From Dendrobates tinctorius (lineage: Eukaryota): a stretch of 64,000 nucleotides of DNA. Position numbers and translations under genes: made by a program. The stretch is from positions 3,596,001-3,660,000 of the forward strand of contig NW_027361681.1 in assembly GCF_039654945.1 (NCBI RefSeq). The letters are read 5' to 3'. Position 1 is the stretch's first letter. Every line of letters begins with the position of its first letter. The notes beneath the pieces were generated by a model. That model was not told where the DNA came from, made no database searches, and worked only from the letters and a program-made list of their open reading frames with translations. Positions 62,601-64,000 of this stretch are shown here, one piece after another.

Positions 62601-64000
62601 GTGGTGCAGAGTCTTATACTGACCAGAGGTGTAGCAGAGGATAGGGACAGAGGATATATGATGGTGCAGTGTCTTATACTGACCGGAGGTGTAGCAGAGG
62701 ACAGGGACAGAGGATATATGATGGTGCAGAGTCTTGTACTGACCGGAGGTGTAGCAGAGGACAGGGACAGAGGATATATGATGGGGCAGTGTCTTATACT
62801 GACCGGAGGTGTAGCAGAGGACAGGGAGAGAGGATATATGATGGTGCAGTCTTATACTGACCGGAGGTGTAGCAGAGGACAGCGACAGAGCATATATGAT
62901 GGTGCAGAGTCTTATACTGACCGGAGGTGTAGCAGAGGACAGGGACAGAGGATACATGATGGTGCAGTGTCTTATACTGACCGGAGGTGTAGGAGAGGAC
63001 AGGGACAGAGGATATATGATGGGGCAGTGTCTTATACTGACCGGAGGTGTAGCAGAGGACAGGGAGAGAGGATATATGATGGTGCAGTCTTGTACTGACT
63101 GGAGGTGTAGCAGAGGATAGAGACAGAGCATATATGATGGTGCAGAGTCTTATACTGACCGGAGGTGTAGCAGAGGACAGGGACAGAGGATATATGATGG
63201 TGCAGTGTCTTATACTGACCGGAGGTGTAGCAGAGGACAGGGACAAAGGGTATATGATGGTGCAGAGTCTTATACTGACCGGAGGTGTAGCAGAAGACAG
63301 GGAGAGAGGATATATGGTGGTGCAGAGTCTTATACTGACCAGAGGTGTAGCAGAGGACAGGGACAGAGGATATATGAGGGTGCAGTGTCTTATACTGACC
63401 GGAGGTGTAGCAGAGGACAGGGACAAAGGGTATATGATGGTGCAGAGTCTTATACTGACCGGAGGTGTAGCAGAAGACAGGGAGAGAGGATATATGGTGG
63501 TGCAGTCTTATACTGACCGGAGGTGTAGCAGAGGACAGCGACTGAGGATACATGATGGTGCAGTGTCTTATACTGACCGGAGGTGTAGCAGAGGACAGGA
63601 ACAGAGGATATATGATGGTGCAGTGTCTTATACTGACCGGAGGTGTAGCAGAGGACAGGGACAAAGGGTATATGATGGTGCAGAGTCTTATACTGACCGG
63701 AGGTGTAGCAGAAGACAAGGAGAGAGGATATATGGTGGTGCAGAGTCTTATACTGACCAGAGGTGTAGCAGAGGATAGGGACAGAGGATATATGATGGTG
63801 CAGTGTCTTATACTGACCGGAGGTGTAGCAGAGGACAGGGACAGAGGATATATGATGGTGCAGAGTCTTGTACTGACCGGAGGTGTAGCAGAGGACAGGG
63901 ACAGAGGATATATGATGGGGCAGTGTCTTATACTGACCGGAGGTGTAGCAGAGGACAGGGAGAGAGGATATATGATGGTGCAGTCTTATACTGACCGGAG
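56680..64000. repeat. Minisatellite, 60-bp unit (58-bp variant), in a BSPRY intron; runs off the window
   Basis: Unit AGGTGTAGCAGAGGACAGGGACAGAGGATATATGATGGTGCAGTGTCTTATACTGACCGG; degenerate 56680-57340, homogeneous afterwards. Confidence 0.98.

Noticed and set aside
57219-63994. Long ORFs of up to 490 aa on both strands
   Set aside because: They are translations of a 60-bp (3n) tandem repeat with frequent 2-bp frameshifts inside a BSPRY intron; there is no evidence of coding constraint.

Overview
Vertebrate genomic DNA, almost certainly an anuran (frog), inferred from the transposon families and protein divergence; the species cannot be fixed from sequence alone. The window is the conserved POLE3-ALAD-HDHD3-BSPRY block (same order as human 9q32). 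It holds the last coding exon of POLE3 (+), a complete ALAD with 11 coding exons (+, 993 nt, 330 aa, all GT-AG), single-coding-exon HDHD3 (+) and the terminal SPRY exon of BSPRY (-). Most other sequence is repetitive: two DIRS1-type tyrosine-recombinase retroelements, an ORF1-less L1 with TSDs, CR1 and L2 fragments, two Tc1 transposons, solo LTRs, many PIF/Harbinger, Kolobok/T2 and hAT MITEs (two deep nests), and four minisatellites (69, 81, 33 and 60 bp units). Best leads: (1) an apparent spliceosomal intron in the gag gene of both DIRS copies, needed to put the ATG in frame with a C4 zinc finger; (2) a foldback hATm-like element with transposase remnants; (3) a 28-bp inversion that flips the start codon of a Tc1 transposase; (4) a full-5'-end L1 lacking ORF1; (5) an unclassified terminally redundant 428-nt element. 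No novel host protein-coding system was found, and most ORFs in the supplied track are repeat artefacts.
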